DNA of 64,000 nucleotides from Bacteriovoracaceae bacterium (GTDB lineage: Bacteria; Bdellovibrionota; Bacteriovoracia; Bacteriovoracales; Bacteriovoracaceae): NCBI GenBank assembly GCA_048270185.1, contig JBLWTJ010000003.1, forward strand, positions 224,001 through 288,000, in the 5' to 3' direction. A model generated the notes under the pieces. That model was not told the DNA's origin and searched no databases. It saw nothing but the letters and a program-made list of their open reading frames with translations. Of this stretch, positions 19,558-30,905 are shown one piece after another. How positions within the stretch are numbered: position 1 is the first letter of the stretch; each line of letters opens with the position of its first letter. The position numbers and the translations under genes are program-made.

Positions 19558-21573
19558 ATGGTTGAAATGTCTAAGGTAAGTGGTCAATTAAATTTTTTTG
19601 GATTTCACTTATCGAAAATATCATTCACAATATTAGTTCTGGGATTGGCCTTCCTTTCACTATTATATTTTCAAAGAGAAGAAGTACTTAGAGAAAGTAT
19701 AAAAGAGAAGTTCATCAACGATGCAAATGAAATTACTGCAGGAATTACTTCAAATAAGAAAATACGCGAAGAGGCCCTCATTGGGATCGGCCAGTTCTTC
19801 AGTTCATCACTTAATGTAAATCAATGGGAGTTTAAAAACTATACTTCGATTATTATTGAGAATCTTGAAGTCTTGGCCATATGTTACTTTGGAGCTGATG
19901 GTAGAAATTATGAGAGTACAAGTTCTAAAGGAAAAATTTGCGGAAAGTTTGCTAATGATACTAGCTCAAGCTTTGATACAACAACTTCTGATCTAATTCT
20001 CCATGGAGATGTCCGTTCTGCTGATGGCACTGAAGGACACCTTATTATGGTTGTACCTTTTTCAACACTTTTGCCTAATGATAAGATTATAAAAGGGGAT
20101 TCAGAGTTTAGAGTAAACCTCGATGCTGGAAATAGAAATGTCTCGGAAGAATATTACTTTTTTCGTGATAAGAATGTCTTCGTAAAAGATGGTGAAACAA
20201 GTTTTTATATAACTGTTATGAATCCCATTCAAATATCAACACTATCATTTTCTTTTGATTATGTTTTAGTATTACTTTTGTACTCGGCTTTACTTGTTTT
20301 GTCTGTCTATACAGTTGAGACAGGATTGCGACGAGAGTATCTTATTTCGATGAAGGTACACCGACAAGAAATTGCGATAAAGAGACAATATGAAGAATTG
20401 GCCAAGCAAAAAATGATTGTTAGTCGAAATGAAAGACTTGCTTCTATTGGACTTCTCGCTGCTGGTATCGGTCATGAAATAAATAACCCGCTTACGATCA
20501 TTCTTGGTTATTTAAACTCTGTGAGAAAAGGACTCTTACAAAGAGATTACGCCGAAGTAAGCTCTAAAGTTTTAAAAATTGAAAGTGCTGCTTTTCGCAT
20601 TGAGAAGATTGTTTCAGGTCTTAGGAAGTTATCAAGACAGGAAAGACAAGAGCAGACTGAGAGATTTTATGTTAAGGATGTTTTTGATGAAACTATATCT
20701 ATGCTTAAAGATCTCTATGAAAAGAATGGAATTGAAATAACGATGAATCTTTCTTTGGATGATCGCGTGATTATAGAGGGAGATCGAGTAAAGTTTCAGC
20801 AAATTATTGTCAATCTCATTTCAAATGCAAAAGATGCAGTAGAAGGAAAGAAGCATGGCCTTATAAATATAGATGTTAGGCAATTTAAAGACTTTATAGA
20901 TGTTAGTGTAAAAGATAATGGTATCGGTATGACAAAAGAACAGAGTGAAAGTGTATTTGATTTATTCTACACAACCAAAGATGTCGGTAAGGGAACAGGT
21001 ATAGGATTGTCTTTAGTTTATGGATTTGTAAAAGATGAATTTAAAGGCAATATATTTGTTGAAAGTGTGAAAGACAAAGGGACAAGCTTCAAGTTAGTTC
21101 TTCCTGTTAAAGAAGGTGAAATTAATGAGACAGTCTCTGATAATGTTGTAAATCTCTACAAGGAGAAGCAGCTTCCTTGTCACGTTTTAATTGTCGATGA
21201 TGAAGAAGGAATTAGAGACCTCATGCGAGAAATGCTAGAGGATCAGGGAATTAGTGTTAGCCTTGCAAAAGATGGAAAGGAAGCAATGGAGTACTATTTA
21301 AATGATCCTGATTCAATTGATATTGTCATATCTGATTTAAAAATGCCTATCATGGATGGCCCTACTTTAGTTAGAAATATTAGAAAGCAAAACACTCTTA
21401 AACAACCAAAACTAATTCTTTCTACGGGTTGTGTAAATTTACAAACAGAAAGAGGTGGCAATATTGAATCATTGTTAGATGGTGTACTTTATAAGCCTTT
21501 TAGTGAAGAGCGTTTAATGGAATTAATTAGTAATGTCTTAAATGATATCGAAGATAAAAAATTGGTTGCATAG
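19558..21573 (+). CDS. Hybrid sensor histidine kinase/response regulator
   Basis: Two TMs around a periplasmic domain; GHEINNPL, NAKDA, DNGIG, GTGIGL; receiver VDDE, SDLKMP, KPF. Confidence 0.93.
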   Translation: MVEMSKVSGQLNFFGFHLSKISFTILVLGLAFLSLLYFQREEVLRESIKEKFINDANEITAGITSNKKIREEALIGIGQFFSSSLNVNQWEFKNYTSIIIENLEVLAICYFGADGRNYESTSSKGKICGKFANDTSSSFDTTTSDLILHGDVRSADGTEGHLIMVVPFSTLLPNDKIIKGDSEFRVNLDAGNRNVSEEYYFFRDKNVFVKDGETSFYITVMNPIQISTLSFSFDYVLVLLLYSALLVLSVYTVETGLRREYLISMKVHRQEIAIKRQYEELAKQKMIVSRNERLASIGLLAAGIGHEINNPLTIILGYLNSVRKGLLQRDYAEVSSKVLKIESAAFRIEKIVSGLRKLSRQERQEQTERFYVKDVFDETISMLKDLYEKNGIEITMNLSLDDRVIIEGDRVKFQQIIVNLISNAKDAVEGKKHGLINIDVRQFKDFIDVSVKDNGIGMTKEQSESVFDLFYTTKDVGKGTGIGLSLVYGFVKDEFKGNIFVESVKDKGTSFKLVLPVKEGEINETVSDNVVNLYKEKQLPCHVLIVDDEEGIRDLMREMLEDQGISVSLAKDGKEAMEYYLNDPDSIDIVISDLKMPIMDGPTLVRNIRKQNTLKQPKLILSTGCVNLQTERGGNIESLLDGVLYKPFSEERLMELISNVLNDIEDKKLVA

Positions 21574-21734
21574 TTTTTTATCTTTTAATTTCAATAGTTT
21601 GTTTGTTTCTTGTAAAGTTTGTCATTTCTTTTACAAGAACTTCCTTCTCCCTATCTATTACTGTCTTAATGAGTTAAAATATATTTATAAGAGGTTGGAG
21701 ATCATGCTGATCTTTAACAAACGTGGAGGACCTT

Positions 21735-21980
21735 ATGAAAAAATTATTATTAATTGTCCTTTTTCTCATTTCTAGTTTTTCTTTCGCTGGAAGCGCAGGA
21801 AACTCTAGCAGCTCTGCTCTTAATGAATACCAAGACCCAGCTTTAAATGTTGATAAAGGGTATAATGACGCTAAGTATTTGGATCAAAAAAAAGCTGAAG
21901 AAAAGCGTTTTCAAAAATCTGGCTTTAATCTACTACAAGATGTGAGTCAGATCTTTCAAGTTGAAAGAAATCATAACTAA
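21735..21980 (+). CDS. Small secreted hypothetical protein
   Basis: SD GGAGG, signal peptide MKKLLLIVLFLISSFSFA. Confidence 0.75.
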   Translation: MKKLLLIVLFLISSFSFAGSAGNSSSSALNEYQDPALNVDKGYNDAKYLDQKKAEEKRFQKSGFNLLQDVSQIFQVERNHN

Positions 21981-21989
21981 ATAAGAGAG

Positions 21990-22014
21990 GGCCACTTTAA
22001 TAGTGGCCTTTTTT
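21990..22014 (+). terminator. Intrinsic terminator
   Basis: GGCCACT-ttaat-AGTGGCC plus T6. Confidence 0.85.
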
Positions 22015-22145
22015 ATTGATTAAATTTCCTTTATTTAAAAACCTGATATTTATTACTTTTTTTTCTGATTCATGATTTGAATCATATATTATTATTCGCT
22101 AAGCGTTAATATGATATTCAACATATTAATACTTGGGGATATTTC

Positions 22146-22637
22146 GTGAATTCAATTACTAACATATTCAAAACGATCAATGAGCTTTCAAATTATCACG
22201 ATAAAATTCGTCAGGAATTCAAAGGATTAATTACGCTCGCAAATGAAGTTGAAACTAAGACATCGACTTTGGGAAACACACCAAAGAATATCACAAAATT
22301 TCTTCTTAGATTTTGGGTAACTGTTGAAGCCGATATGCAAAAAGAAGAGAGATCGATATTTCCACTGGTTATAGAAGGAAGTAGAGAAAAGCTTAGAGCA
22401 TACATGAAAGAGCTAATCTCTGAGCATATTGCACAAGAAATGGAGCTAGAGTATTTAATTTCTCTGGTTGAAGAATACCAAATCAAAGATGATTTAAGTG
22501 AAGAATGGAAGCATCTAATTTCTAGAATTCAAAAAACAGTTAGTGGCCTTAAGAATCATATGGCAATTGAAAATCAAATCTTAATGTATTATATCGGTGA
22601 AGAAATTACTGATATTGATATAAAAGAAGTTATTTAA
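22146..22637 (+). CDS. Hemerythrin-like (HHE) domain protein
   Basis: HDKIRQE, MQKEERSIFP, EHIAQE, HMAIENQIL; one expected His appears as Asp. Confidence 0.65.
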   Translation: MNSITNIFKTINELSNYHDKIRQEFKGLITLANEVETKTSTLGNTPKNITKFLLRFWVTVEADMQKEERSIFPLVIEGSREKLRAYMKELISEHIAQEMELEYLISLVEEYQIKDDLSEEWKHLISRIQKTVSGLKNHMAIENQILMYYIGEEITDIDIKEVI

Positions 22638-22638
22638 T

Positions 22639-23511
22639 TTAAAATACATCAAACTCCTTGAGAAATAATTTCACGGCAGGAGTTATTAATTTCCTTGAAG
22701 GAGTCAGTGCCCATATTGGAACTGGCTCTTCAGTATAGTTTTCAAGAATCGGAGTGAGAGATTTATTTCTAATATGTTCTTCTAGGTAAACACTTGGAAG
22801 CCTACATATACCAAGCCCTTGAATGGCCGCATTCATTGTGGCCCTTGCATTTGTACTCTTAAAATTTCCACTTATTCTTACTCTTTGTCTGCCTTCTGAA
22901 CTTTTAAAGCTCCAGGTTGGGTTACTACCGCTAAGACAATTATGCTGACTTAAATCCTTTGGTCTCTTTGGTGTTCCATATTTTTGAAGGTAGCTAGGAG
23001 ATGCAACAATATATTCTTTTCGATCAGCTATTTGAATAGCGTGCCCCTTTGTGGGCCTTTTATCTGTTACTCTAATTGCGAGGTCAAATTCTCCCGAAGT
23101 AATATCAATAATCTCGGTAGAAAAGACTAGCTCAGCTTCGATCTCTGGATGATTCATGAGAATTTTAGAAATAACTGGCGCGATAATATCTTCGCCATAA
23201 GCTCCTGCTAAAGTTATTCTAAATTTTTCCTTAGGAACTTCAATATTTTCTTTGGACTTCTTAGTAAAGCTTTCTATTTCTTCAATTTGATTTTCACAAA
23301 TATGAAAGTAATTTCGACCAAAGTCGGTGAAGTCAACATAGCGAGTATTTCTCTTAAATAGTGCTTGGCCCAGGTTTGTCTCTAATTCCTTAACCGCCTT
23401 ACTCAGTTGGGAGCGAGATATTCCTAGTTCATCGGCCGCTTTAGTAAATGACTTAAATTGTGCAACTTTAACAAAACTATAGACTAGTGTGAGATTCTTT
23501 ATTGTTTCCAT
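22639..23511 (-). CDS. LysR-family regulator divergent from frmA
   Basis: SFTKAADELGISRSQLSKAVKELE HTH, FDLAIR. Confidence 0.95.
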   Translation of the reverse strand: METIKNLTLVYSFVKVAQFKSFTKAADELGISRSQLSKAVKELETNLGQALFKRNTRYVDFTDFGRNYFHICENQIEEIESFTKKSKENIEVPKEKFRITLAGAYGEDIIAPVISKILMNHPEIEAELVFSTEIIDITSGEFDLAIRVTDKRPTKGHAIQIADRKEYIVASPSYLQKYGTPKRPKDLSQHNCLSGSNPTWSFKSSEGRQRVRISGNFKSTNARATMNAAIQGLGICRLPSVYLEEHIRNKSLTPILENYTEEPVPIWALTPSRKLITPAVKLFLKEFDVF

Positions 23512-23570
23512 ATGTAAACAATGTGTACTGTGAGGTCACAGTTGTCAACAATTTAAAGCGCGGATATAAT
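23501..23570 (+). promoter_or_regulatory. frmA promoter and probable LysR box
   Basis: TTGTCA(23542)-17-TATAAT(23565); palindrome ATTGTTT-N8-AAACAAT at 23501..23522, about -65 and overlapping the lysR start, the usual LysR geometry. Confidence 0.75.
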
Positions 23571-23593
23571 ATCTCATCACAATAATCTAATAA

Positions 23594-24718
<1,125 letters not shown>

Positions 24719-24726
24719 GATTGATA

Positions 24727-25557
24727 ATGAATATTACAGAAATAAAATCAGTTAAAACTTTTGAAGGTCACACTAAGTATTTTGAACATGACTCTCGTAT
24801 GACTAAGACTAAGATGAAGTTTTCAACATTCATTCCTAAGTCAGAAAAGATTGATTCGGCAATTATTTGGCTTTCGGGTCTTACTTGTACGGAAGAGAAT
24901 TTTATTACAAAGGCAGGAGCACAGAACTATCTTAAAGATACAAATACAATGATTATTTGTCCTGATACTTCTCCTCGTGGCCTTGATCTTCCTGGCGAAC
25001 ATGAAAGTTATGACTTTGGTTCTGGTGCAGGTTTTTATGTTAATGCTACATCAGAAGGTTATAAAGATCATTATCGAATGTATGACTATGTAACGATTGA
25101 GTTAGTTGAAGTACTAAAGGATTTCTTCAAGGTTTCTAACCTTGCTATCATGGGACACTCAATGGGTGGCCATGGTGCACTTGTTCTGGGACTTAGAAAT
25201 GAAAATCTTTTTAAAAGTGTTTCGGCTTTTTCTCCAATAGTAAATCCACTAGAGTGTCCTTGGGGACAAAAGGCCCTAAAGGGTTATCTAGGGGAGAGTC
25301 TTGAAGGTGCGTCTGACTATGATGCCACAAAACTCGTTGCTTCTGGTGTTAAGAGAGCAGATACAATTTTAATCGATCAAGGTCTTGCTGATGAGTTCTA
25401 CCCTGATCAGCTCTTAACTAGTAATCTTGAAAAAGTTGCAAGTGAAGCTGGTCAAAAGTTAGAAGTGAAATATAGAGAAGGCTATGATCATAGCTACTTT
25501 TATATTTCGACTTTTATCGGTGAGCATATTAAATTTCACCTACAAAATTTAAAATAA
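24727..25557 (+). CDS. fghA: S-formylglutathione hydrolase
   Basis: WLSGLTCT, PDTSPRG, GAGFYVNAT, GHSMGG, GYDHSYF. Confidence 0.95.
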   Translation: MNITEIKSVKTFEGHTKYFEHDSRMTKTKMKFSTFIPKSEKIDSAIIWLSGLTCTEENFITKAGAQNYLKDTNTMIICPDTSPRGLDLPGEHESYDFGSGAGFYVNATSEGYKDHYRMYDYVTIELVEVLKDFFKVSNLAIMGHSMGGHGALVLGLRNENLFKSVSAFSPIVNPLECPWGQKALKGYLGESLEGASDYDATKLVASGVKRADTILIDQGLADEFYPDQLLTSNLEKVASEAGQKLEVKYREGYDHSYFYISTFIGEHIKFHLQNLK

Positions 25558-25559
25558 AA

Positions 25560-25590
25560 TATAAGCCTACTGGAAACAGTAGGCTTATAT
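25560..25590. terminator. Bidirectional terminator
   Basis: TATAAGCCTACT-loop-AGTAGGCTTATA between convergent genes. Confidence 0.8.
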
Positions 25591-25596
25591 TTCTAA

Positions 25597-25896
25597 TTAA
25601 AGAATGAAAACGTCGAATTCAACGATGTCACATCTCTCATCAAGAGTTGCATTCATTTCATAAACACCGTAGTAAGTATTAAATAGGCCCCAGTAAATTT
25701 CGTTACCTTTATCGTCTTGTCCTTTTGAAGTAAGAGTAATTTGCCATTGGTTCAGTGCATCTTCATATGTTTCACCAAGCTGTTGAGCAGCGGCATCCAC
25801 TAGTTGAATTTCTGCTTCTTCACCACAAGATTGCATTGCTTGTGCAGAAGTTAGAGAAAGCATAGAAAGTAGGATTACATTTAAGATAAATTTCAT
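25597..25896 (-). CDS. Small secreted hypothetical protein (two Cys)
   Basis: SD AGGAG before ATG 25896; signal peptide ending AQA. Confidence 0.75.
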   Translation of the reverse strand: MKFILNVILLSMLSLTSAQAMQSCGEEAEIQLVDAAAQQLGETYEDALNQWQITLTSKGQDDKGNEIYWGLFNTYYGVYEMNATLDERCDIVEFDVFIL

Positions 25897-25999
25897 GGAA
25901 GCTCCTTTAAGTTTGATTAAGGAGCTTATACAAAGACCAAGATTGTCGGTCAATTTAGTTTGAAAATATTAATCTAATCTTGTTGAGCTGTTATTTATT

Positions 26000-26335
26000 T
26001 TAGTTATCTGACATCACATCTTTGACTTGTTTTTGAATATCTTTAAACTGCTTCGAATCAAAGTCGATATTCTTGGCCGCACTATCAACATCGAGGGATA
26101 CATTTCCATTTTTTACCTGTTGAGCAGCAATCTTTCGACCTAAGTCTTTAAGTTCTCCCCACTGTTGGTCTGGCATGGCCTGAAGCTTGTACTTGGCCCT
26201 ATCGGCTTCTTCTTTGCTAATAATACCTTTGGCCACCATTTTATCAATCATGGATACAGTTGTGTTTCGATCTATTCCAATTGCTACTGTGTTAAGACTA
26301 AATAAGATAAAACTAGTTAATAAAATAGCTTTCAT
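26000..26335 (-). CDS. Small secreted hypothetical protein
   Basis: SD GAGG; signal peptide MKAILLTSFILFSLNTVA. Confidence 0.75.
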   Translation of the reverse strand: MKAILLTSFILFSLNTVAIGIDRNTTVSMIDKMVAKGIISKEEADRAKYKLQAMPDQQWGELKDLGRKIAAQQVKNGNVSLDVDSAAKNIDFDSKQFKDIQKQVKDVMSDN

Positions 26336-26380
26336 CAGGCCCTCTCTTTTTATCAATAAAGTATTATAGTTAGATTTTAT

Positions 26381-26407
26381 TAATCGGCTAAACTTAATGA
26401 AATATTA
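26381..26407 (-). promoter_or_regulatory. Possible sigma28 (FliA) promoter
   Basis: TAATATTT-N11-GCCGATTA versus consensus TAAAGTTT-N11-GCCGATAA. Confidence 0.4.
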
Positions 26408-26480
26408 ATAGTTTAGAACATTGATCTATTTATTTTTAGCGTTTATAGTGGCAATAATTAGTGGATGAAAGGAGGTTGAA

Positions 26481-26939
26481 ATGAAGTTTCTCCATACAAT
26501 GGTTAGAGTTGAAAACCTTGAAGAAAGCTTAGACTTTTACTGTAATAAACTAGGGCTTGTTGAGGCCCATCGCTATGAAAGTGAAGAGGGGCGCTTCTCA
26601 CTTATTTATCTTTGTGCATCTGAAGATTTAAATCGCGCGATGGAAGACAAGGCGCCTCTTTTAGAACTTACTTATAATTGGCCAGATAAAGATGGTAATT
26701 TTGAAAGAATGCCAAAGAGTAGCCGAAATTGGGGACACCTTGCATTTGAAGTTGAAGATATCTATGAGACTTGTCAAAAATTAATGGATCAAGGTGTTGT
26801 TATAAACCGTCCACCACGTGATGGTTATATGGCCTTTTTAAAATCACCAGATGATATTTCAATTGAGCTACTTCAAAAAGGTGAGAAGCTTGAGCCAGCT
26901 TCCCCTTGGAAAGAAATGGAAAACACTGGGACTTGGTAA
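26481..26939 (+). CDS. gloA: Lactoylglutathione lyase (glyoxalase I, VOC family)
   Basis: LHTMVRV, ELTYNW, GHLAF, PDDISIEL; SD GGAGG. Confidence 0.88.
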   Translation: MKFLHTMVRVENLEESLDFYCNKLGLVEAHRYESEEGRFSLIYLCASEDLNRAMEDKAPLLELTYNWPDKDGNFERMPKSSRNWGHLAFEVEDIYETCQKLMDQGVVINRPPRDGYMAFLKSPDDISIELLQKGEKLEPASPWKEMENTGTW

Positions 26940-26981
26940 TATATATTGGACGTGGCCATGTTTCTCTCTTAGAATTGAAAC

Positions 26982-28208
26982 ATGGCAGCTTTCGAAAATC
27001 CCAGTGAAGAAAAATTAGAACGAAATTTAAAATACTATCTCAGCTTTGTGGCCCTTGGTGTTCTTACTGGCCTTGCCTCATCAATTTTTCTCTATCTTTT
27101 AAAACTAGTTACAACTCTTAGATTTAAGTACTCATGGTTAATCTATCTTCTTCCTTTTGCCATGGTAGCTGTGAATTTTGCATATAAGAAGCTTTCACCA
27201 TTAAGTGAAAAGGGAAATAATTTAATTATTGATGAAATTCATCATCCTAAAAAGGATATCCCTTTAGTGATGATACCTCTTATTCTTTTTTCAACTCTAA
27301 TCTCACATCTTTTTGGCGCCAGTGTTGGGCGAGAGGGAAGTGCTGTTCAAATGGGAGGAGCAATTGGAAACTATCTCTCAAAACTCTTTAAGCACAGCTC
27401 TAGAAAGCGCGCAGTCTTACTTATGGCCGGCTGTGGGGCCGGTTTTGGAACGGCAATTGGTGCACCTCTTGCTGGTGCTATTTTTGGAATTGAGGCCATC
27501 TACCTAAATGCAAAGATAAAGGCATCCACATTTATTGAATGCTTAATTGCTTCGTATGTTGGTTATTATACAACTCATTTACTTCATGCACCTCACTCAA
27601 CTTACTTAAAGTTTTCTGTGATTCAATTTCATTGGGACTGGGTTTTCTATTCTCTTATTGCGGGCCTTGCTTTTGGTTTAGTGGCGCGCTCTTTTGTCTT
27701 AGTTGTCGATTACTCTAAGAATTCATTAAATAAATTAAAGAGACCGCTAACGATGACATTTATCGGAAGTACCATTCTCATAATTGCCTACTACTTTTTG
27801 AATGACATTAGTAACCAACGCTATACAGGTCTTGGTATTGAAGTCATTCAACAAGGCTTAAATGAAATTCTGTCTTTTAAAGATTCAATTCTTAAATTTA
27901 TCCTAACAGTAATTTCACTTGTGGCAGGCATTAAAGGGGGAGAGTTCACTCCGCTTGTCTATATCGGAACGACTCTTGGATCTTCTCTTTCATCAGTCAT
28001 TGGAATAGATCCACATTTACTTGCGGCCGTTGGATTTTGCGCAGTTTTTGCAGCAGCTTCAAATACTCCACTTGCTTGTATCGTTATGGGAGTCGAAATT
28101 TTCGGCCTTGAATTACTACCTTACTTAACTGTTGCAATTATTGTTGCCCAGTTTGTTTCTGGTAGAGAAACGATTTACTCATCTCAGATTATTGAAAAGT
28201 TTAAATAG
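26982..28208 (+). CDS. CLC-family anion transporter, fluoride-type (CLC-F) signature
   Basis: GNNLI, GREGS, GGEFTP; about 11 TM helices. Confidence 0.85.
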   Translation: MAAFENPSEEKLERNLKYYLSFVALGVLTGLASSIFLYLLKLVTTLRFKYSWLIYLLPFAMVAVNFAYKKLSPLSEKGNNLIIDEIHHPKKDIPLVMIPLILFSTLISHLFGASVGREGSAVQMGGAIGNYLSKLFKHSSRKRAVLLMAGCGAGFGTAIGAPLAGAIFGIEAIYLNAKIKASTFIECLIASYVGYYTTHLLHAPHSTYLKFSVIQFHWDWVFYSLIAGLAFGLVARSFVLVVDYSKNSLNKLKRPLTMTFIGSTILIIAYYFLNDISNQRYTGLGIEVIQQGLNEILSFKDSILKFILTVISLVAGIKGGEFTPLVYIGTTLGSSLSSVIGIDPHLLAAVGFCAVFAAASNTPLACIVMGVEIFGLELLPYLTVAIIVAQFVSGRETIYSSQIIEKFK

Positions 28209-28325
28209 TTGACTAAAATGCTTTCTGACTTATTCTGGCAAGTTAATTTTTTTTCTTCACAATCAGTTTTTTAATTTTCTATAATAACTTGTTTATTTAA
28301 AAAAATACTTTTCAGGGAGGAAAGG

Positions 28326-29195
28326 ATGAGAAAATCAACGCTAATGATTGCTCTTATTGCTGCAATCTTTTCTATTCAATCTTACTCATGCGATATACAT
28401 GGGAAAACAGGAATCATGCCAGAAAACGATTTATACAGAGGAGTTGATGCTCTTACTGGTAATGGTATGACAGAAGAACTATTCAACATCATCATTGATC
28501 GTGCAAACGAAGTTTATGCGCCAGTTGTTGAAACTGAAGGTGCTAACCTTAAATTTCACCGTAAATGGGAAGATGGAACTGTAAACGCTTATGCAAACCA
28601 ACAAGGTTCAACTTGGAATGTTCACATGTTTGGTGGTCTAGCACGTCACGAGCTAGTATCTCCAGATGGATTTGCTCTTGTAGTATGTCACGAACTTGGT
28701 CACCACCTTGCAGGTGCTCCAAAAATCAAAAGATTTTGGATTCCTTCATGGGCATCAAACGAAGGTCAATCTGACTACTGGGCATCACTTAAGTGTTTCA
28801 GAAGAATTTTCCAAGACGATAACAACGCTGGTATCGTAGCTAAAATGGAAATTGATCCAGAAGTTGAAAAGAAGTGTAACGCAATCTGGTCTGATGAAAA
28901 TGAAAATGCTCTTTGTAAGAGAATGGCACAGGCTTCAAAAGGTCTAGCAACTCTTCTTAACTCAGGACGCTCTGTATCTTTCACAACTCCAGATTCATCT
29001 ATTGTATCTAAGACTGATGACAAGCACCCAGCTGGTCAATGTCGTCTAGATACTTACTTCCAAGGAGCTCTTTGTAATAAAGACCTAAACGAAGACGTAT
29101 CAAAAACTGATGCAACTGTTGGTACTTGTAATAGAGTAGATAATTACGAAACTGGTATTAGACCACTATGTTGGTATAAGCCAAGCAGAATCTAA
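28326..29195 (+). CDS. Secreted Cys-rich putative zinc metalloprotease
   Basis: Signal peptide; VNAYA, HELGH, downstream NEGQSD third-ligand-like motif. Confidence 0.65.
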   Translation: MRKSTLMIALIAAIFSIQSYSCDIHGKTGIMPENDLYRGVDALTGNGMTEELFNIIIDRANEVYAPVVETEGANLKFHRKWEDGTVNAYANQQGSTWNVHMFGGLARHELVSPDGFALVVCHELGHHLAGAPKIKRFWIPSWASNEGQSDYWASLKCFRRIFQDDNNAGIVAKMEIDPEVEKKCNAIWSDENENALCKRMAQASKGLATLLNSGRSVSFTTPDSSIVSKTDDKHPAGQCRLDTYFQGALCNKDLNEDVSKTDATVGTCNRVDNYETGIRPLCWYKPSRI

Positions 29196-29221
29196 TTATA
29201 ATTACAAAAAGAAATAAAGTG

Positions 29222-29249
29222 AAAGGCAGGTCATTGACCTGCCTTTTTT
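29222..29249. terminator. Bidirectional terminator
   Basis: AAAGGCAGGTCA/TGACCTGCCTTT plus T tract. Confidence 0.85.
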
Positions 29250-29260
29250 ATTTTCATTCT

Positions 29261-30565
29261 CTATAAGTTGATTACTTCTTTAATTTTTTCGATATCCCCG
29301 TCAATAGTATATTGATTATCAAGACCTAGAAGCCTCAATAAGAGTGGGAAGATGTGGATATTTGATTTTGATTCAGCAATAAAGTTTTTCTTAAAGTCTG
29401 GACCTTGCGCATAGAAAATTCCATGCATACTCATATCTGAAAACTGGTCCCACCCGTGTGTCGCCTTAGGAAATTTAAAGTCAGTTGCCGCAATCCAATA
29501 ACCAGACTTTGCAATACAAGCAATATCACCAACTCTTGGGTTCGAGTTGAAGTTTAATTGCGTCGGCGTTTCACTTTTTGAGTAACACTTAAAGTTTTGG
29601 GCCTTGCTATTGATGGCGACAATATCAGCTTTAATATTTCGGCCCTTCTGTTTTAGATAGAATTGAACAATTGGGCCTGCACCGTATATACGATAATCTT
29701 CTTTTATCTCGTGTAGTTTACTTGTCTTTAGGATGAGCTCTTTCTTATTTTCATCAACATCTTTCATTCCGTGATCTGAGACGATGATAATATTAATATT
29801 TGGAATTATCCCTCTTACTTTTGTCACTAGTTCTTCAAGAGAGCGATCAACTTTAATAATGGCATCTTTTACTTCTTGAGATTCAACACCGTGGTGATGT
29901 CCAGCTGAGTCCACATCTGGAAAATAGAGAGTTGTAAATGATGGCCTTCTTTCAATTGGAAGTTTCATCCATTCAACAATTTGTGCAATACGATCTTGGT
30001 GAGGCATTGAGTGAATATACTCGTACCAATATGTCGGTCTCTTTCCTGAAATTTCTGCTTCTGAGCCTGGCCAAAATAGTGTTGCGGTTCTTAGTCCTTG
30101 CTCTTCTGCTGCTGTCCAAATTGGAGTTGCCAGATAGAAGTCTGAGTTACCAACGGCCTTGCGATCTTTAAGAGAATAGCTAAGCTTAAGCTCTGGAGCA
30201 TAGAACGAGTTAGCAACAATTCCATGATTCATTGGATAGCGTCCCGTTACAATGGAGAGGTGATTCGGGAAAGTCTTTGTAGGATAGGAAGAGATTAGAC
30301 TTTTTAGTTGGGCCCCTTCTTTTGCAAATTGTGAAATAAACTTTGGCCGATACTTTGCTGTGTAGTCAAATCGGTATCCATCAAGAGAAATCAATAGGAC
30401 TGGATTGATCTGCTGAAGTTCTTCCTTTGAAATACTTGATACCTTAGAGCTCTTTGCTTGCTCTTCAAAGTTATCATTTTCAATGTGATAGCTATTCTTG
30501 TAAGTTGATTTCTTCGGGCTACAAGCTATTAGAAGAACAAGTAAGGCCCATTTCATTTTAAACAT
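29261..30565 (-). CDS. Nucleotide pyrophosphatase/phosphodiesterase (alkaline phosphatase superfamily) lipoprotein
   Basis: Lipobox LIAC; ISLDGYR, PTKTFPNH, DSAGH, SDHGM. Confidence 0.92.
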   Translation of the reverse strand: MFKMKWALLVLLIACSPKKSTYKNSYHIENDNFEEQAKSSKVSSISKEELQQINPVLLISLDGYRFDYTAKYRPKFISQFAKEGAQLKSLISSYPTKTFPNHLSIVTGRYPMNHGIVANSFYAPELKLSYSLKDRKAVGNSDFYLATPIWTAAEEQGLRTATLFWPGSEAEISGKRPTYWYEYIHSMPHQDRIAQIVEWMKLPIERRPSFTTLYFPDVDSAGHHHGVESQEVKDAIIKVDRSLEELVTKVRGIIPNINIIIVSDHGMKDVDENKKELILKTSKLHEIKEDYRIYGAGPIVQFYLKQKGRNIKADIVAINSKAQNFKCYSKSETPTQLNFNSNPRVGDIACIAKSGYWIAATDFKFPKATHGWDQFSDMSMHGIFYAQGPDFKKNFIAESKSNIHIFPLLLRLLGLDNQYTIDGDIEKIKEVINL

Positions 30566-30629
30566 TTAAAATCCCTTGTTATGAATAATCATATTTTAAG
30601 GGATGAACCGAACTTTTGTATATTAGGAA

Positions 30630-30791
30630 TTAATAACAGTTATAATCATCGAAATCGATATCAGTGTGCTTAAGTTTTAGCTCTCTAATATGGTCTAGAG
30701 GAATATCAAATTCTTGACGAAAAGCTCCATCAATATCTTTTGTGAAAATAATTCCGTCAATAACTCGGTACTCAATTGTCTCAATAGTCAT
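30630..30791 (-). CDS. Small 53-aa acidic protein (below ORF-track cutoff)
   Basis: Manual translation MTIETIEYRVIDGIIFTKDIDGAFRQEFDIPLDHIRELKLKHTDIDFDDYNCY*; AGGAG/GGA upstream. Confidence 0.55.
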   Translation of the reverse strand: MTIETIEYRVIDGIIFTKDIDGAFRQEFDIPLDHIRELKLKHTDIDFDDYNCY

Positions 30792-30905
30792 AATTCCAAT
30801 CTCCTGCATGGGGAAATTCTAATCATATGCTTAAGACTGAACAAGTTAAGTTTTCTTAAGAAATTAAGATAAATTAATAAATCTTTAGACTAACTTAAGG
30901 GAAAT

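Noticed and set aside
26940..26981. Fluoride riboswitch upstream of the CLC-F gene
   Set aside because: Gap is only 42 nt and lacks the GGCGATG-type consensus
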